Assembly (NCBI GenBank): GCA_029258735.1
Contig: JAPDKD010000002.1
Span: forward strand, 1-52,547
Length of the DNA stretch: 52,547 nt
Origin: an archaeon
GTDB lineage: Archaea > Thermoproteota > Thermoprotei > Thermofilales > JAPDKD01
Direction of reading: 5' to 3'
The notes under the pieces are model-generated. The model saw nothing but the letters and a program-made list of their open reading frames with translations. It was not told the origin of the DNA and searched no databases. The position numbers were made by a program, and so were the translations under genes. This document shows positions 51,566 through 52,547 of the stretch, one piece after another; position 1 is the first letter of the stretch; every line of letters starts with the position of its first letter.

Positions 51566-52396
51566 TTCTCTTGGCACAGAGCAACAGGCATCATATTTTC
51601 TTAACCCGTACTTAGTAATGGTGGATAAGTGCGGAACAGCTATCCTTTCAACCAAATTTTTTTCTATGGCGATAATGTCTAAAGAGTTCTTATAGCTTAC
51701 AGGTCTCATGCAGCCTAAGCTGAGTTCCCCCCCTAAAAGACGTCTAGCCTTATGCAGTATGTCAACCATAAGTTCTGTGCTGAGCAGCTTCTCTCTACCT
51801 AAAGCAGTGCCCTCTGTTGGAATAAAAACAAGAAAAACAGTAACATAAGGGTCATAGTCCTTTAAAAACTCTACTTCCTCCAATGTTAATTCAGTATTGA
51901 CGGTGGGCAGGCCTACAAGAATATGGGGCGCGACGTATGGTGGACCTCTTTCATATAAATATCTAAGCGATAAAACAAAATCTGTAGAATCCTTATCTTT
52001 AAGGTTCTTTAACCCCTTTATTGTGTAGGTGCTTAAAGTAAAGTCAAAATCTACTATGTCAACACCTACCTGTCTAAGATTTTCCGCACCCTTCTTATCC
52101 ACCAAGCCAGGGTGAATGCTAATCACAAAGTCATATTCTTTCTTTATTTCCCGTATAGTCTGTAGGAAAGGAGTAAAGGGTAGTTTGCCTTCGCGGGTGA
52201 AACCGCCGCTTATAAGAATGCCTCTTCCGCCTTGCTTGTAAAACTTTTCTGCAAACGCTTTCAGGTGATGCGGCGTGGGAGTATGCTCCATGCTTTTGAG
52301 ATATTTGCCCATGCAGTATTTACAGTTAAGCCAGCACGTTGAGCCCGTAATACTCACGGCGGCGAACTTTGAGCCAGGAATGAAGGCATCAACCAT
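51545..52396 (-). CDS. Radical SAM domain protein
   Basis: The CxxxCxxC cluster is CWLNCKYCMG near the N-terminus, followed by GILISGG and a TIM-barrel-like remainder. The specific function is not assignable. Confidence 0.7.
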   Translation of the reverse strand: MVDAFIPGSKFAAVSITGSTCWLNCKYCMGKYLKSMEHTPTPHHLKAFAEKFYKQGGRGILISGGFTREGKLPFTPFLQTIREIKKEYDFVISIHPGLVDKKGAENLRQVGVDIVDFDFTLSTYTIKGLKNLKDKDSTDFVLSLRYLYERGPPYVAPHILVGLPTVNTELTLEEVEFLKDYDPYVTVFLVFIPTEGTALGREKLLSTELMVDILHKARRLLGGELSLGCMRPVSYKNSLDIIAIEKNLVERIAVPHLSTITKYGLRKYDACCSVPRELLDWFL

Positions 52397-52411
52397 AGCT
52401 TATCTAGCCCT

Positions 52412-52547
52412 TTATAGCTCTATGAGCATTCCAGTGCTAGCATCAATGAAGGCTTGAGGCATTGCTTCCGCCATCATCATTCTAGCTGTAAATCCAGTGC
52501 AGTGAAGCGGAACTACGCGCTGGACATTCAGCTTGCATAATTCATCG
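52412..52547 (-). CDS. Partial CDS (C-terminal 45 codons; begins beyond window end): MBL-fold hydrolase-like protein
   Basis: The reverse-strand translation ...DELCKLNVQRVVPLHCTGFTARMMMAEAMPQAFIDASTGMLIEL* ends with TAA at 52414..52412. The P-x-HCTG end is typical of COG1237-type metallo-beta-lactamase-fold proteins. Confidence 0.45.
   Translation of the reverse strand, partial: DELCKLNVQRVVPLHCTGFTARMMMAEAMPQAFIDASTGMLIEL

Noticed and set aside
1-52547. CRISPR arrays, tRNA or rRNA genes
   Set aside because: No regularly spaced direct repeats of 24-40 nt were seen. No intergenic stretch has the GC-rich ~75-nt cloverleaf-like appearance of thermophile tRNAs or any rRNA-like segment. The only GC-rich non-coding stretch (1835-2006) belongs to the IS leader.

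Overview
Densely coding archaeal chromosomal segment, roughly mid-40s % GC by eye. It has A/T-rich TATA-like promoters, many ATGA/GTGA-coupled operons and several TTG/GTG starts. The gene content (Elp3, a GH57/GlgA glycogen module, class III signal-peptide pilins, a FlaI-type ATPase) suggests a thermophilic TACK/crenarchaeon; the taxon cannot be fixed from sequence alone.

Content, left to right:
- 1-1.8 kb: a G+T-skewed block with a pilin-like gene.
- 1.84-2.8 kb: a ~1 kb high-GC decayed IS110-family element.
- 2.8-5.6 kb: ATP-cone protein, SIMPL/DUF541 and MarC genes.
- 5.6-10.5 kb: a translationally coupled GH57 / glycogen synthase / maltokinase-like operon.
- 10.5-15.9 kb: MFS transporter, an SDH/ClpP-fold protease pair and a double-HTH regulator.
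- 16.2-17.4 kb: TauE plus a small membrane partner.
- 17.4-19.5 kb: a sequon- and Cys-rich surface protein and a PP2C phosphatase.
- 19.5-23.5 kb: a three-gene operon of OB-fold-decorated membrane proteins.
- 24.3-28.3 kb: an ArsR-linked heterodimeric ABC exporter.
- 28.4-30.1 kb: dcd and a polyprenol-kinase-like gene.
- 30.1-37.9 kb: a type IV pilus locus (FlaI-like ATPase, split TadB/TadC-like platform, double-HTH paralog, three pilin-like genes), followed by a multi-zinc-ribbon protein.
- 39.1-48.5 kb: a metal-homeostasis cluster (NikR-like regulator, ZnuA-ZnuB fusion, frameshifted flavoprotein disulfide reductase pseudogene, ZIP transporter, P-type ATPase) interleaved with Elp3 and a mini-GNAT.
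- 48.5-52.5 kb: PfkB kinase, a processive-type GT2, a radical SAM gene and an MBL-fold gene fragment.

No rRNA, tRNA or CRISPR array was recognised.

The most unusual signal is compositional. From about 28 kb to 35.5 kb the + strand is strongly A+C-rich whatever the gene orientation. It flips abruptly to G+T-rich inside the first pilin gene (about 35.45-35.52 kb). A second G+T-rich block abuts the IS remnant at the window start.

Other notable items:
- a candidate IS110 bridge-RNA-like structured leader;
- a start-codon-less secreted ORF (ATA where ATG is expected);
- a 49-aa hyper-acidic Glu/Trp-repeat micro-ORF behind the NikR-like gene;
- twin TGTGCACA palindromes bracketing the zinc-transporter promoter.
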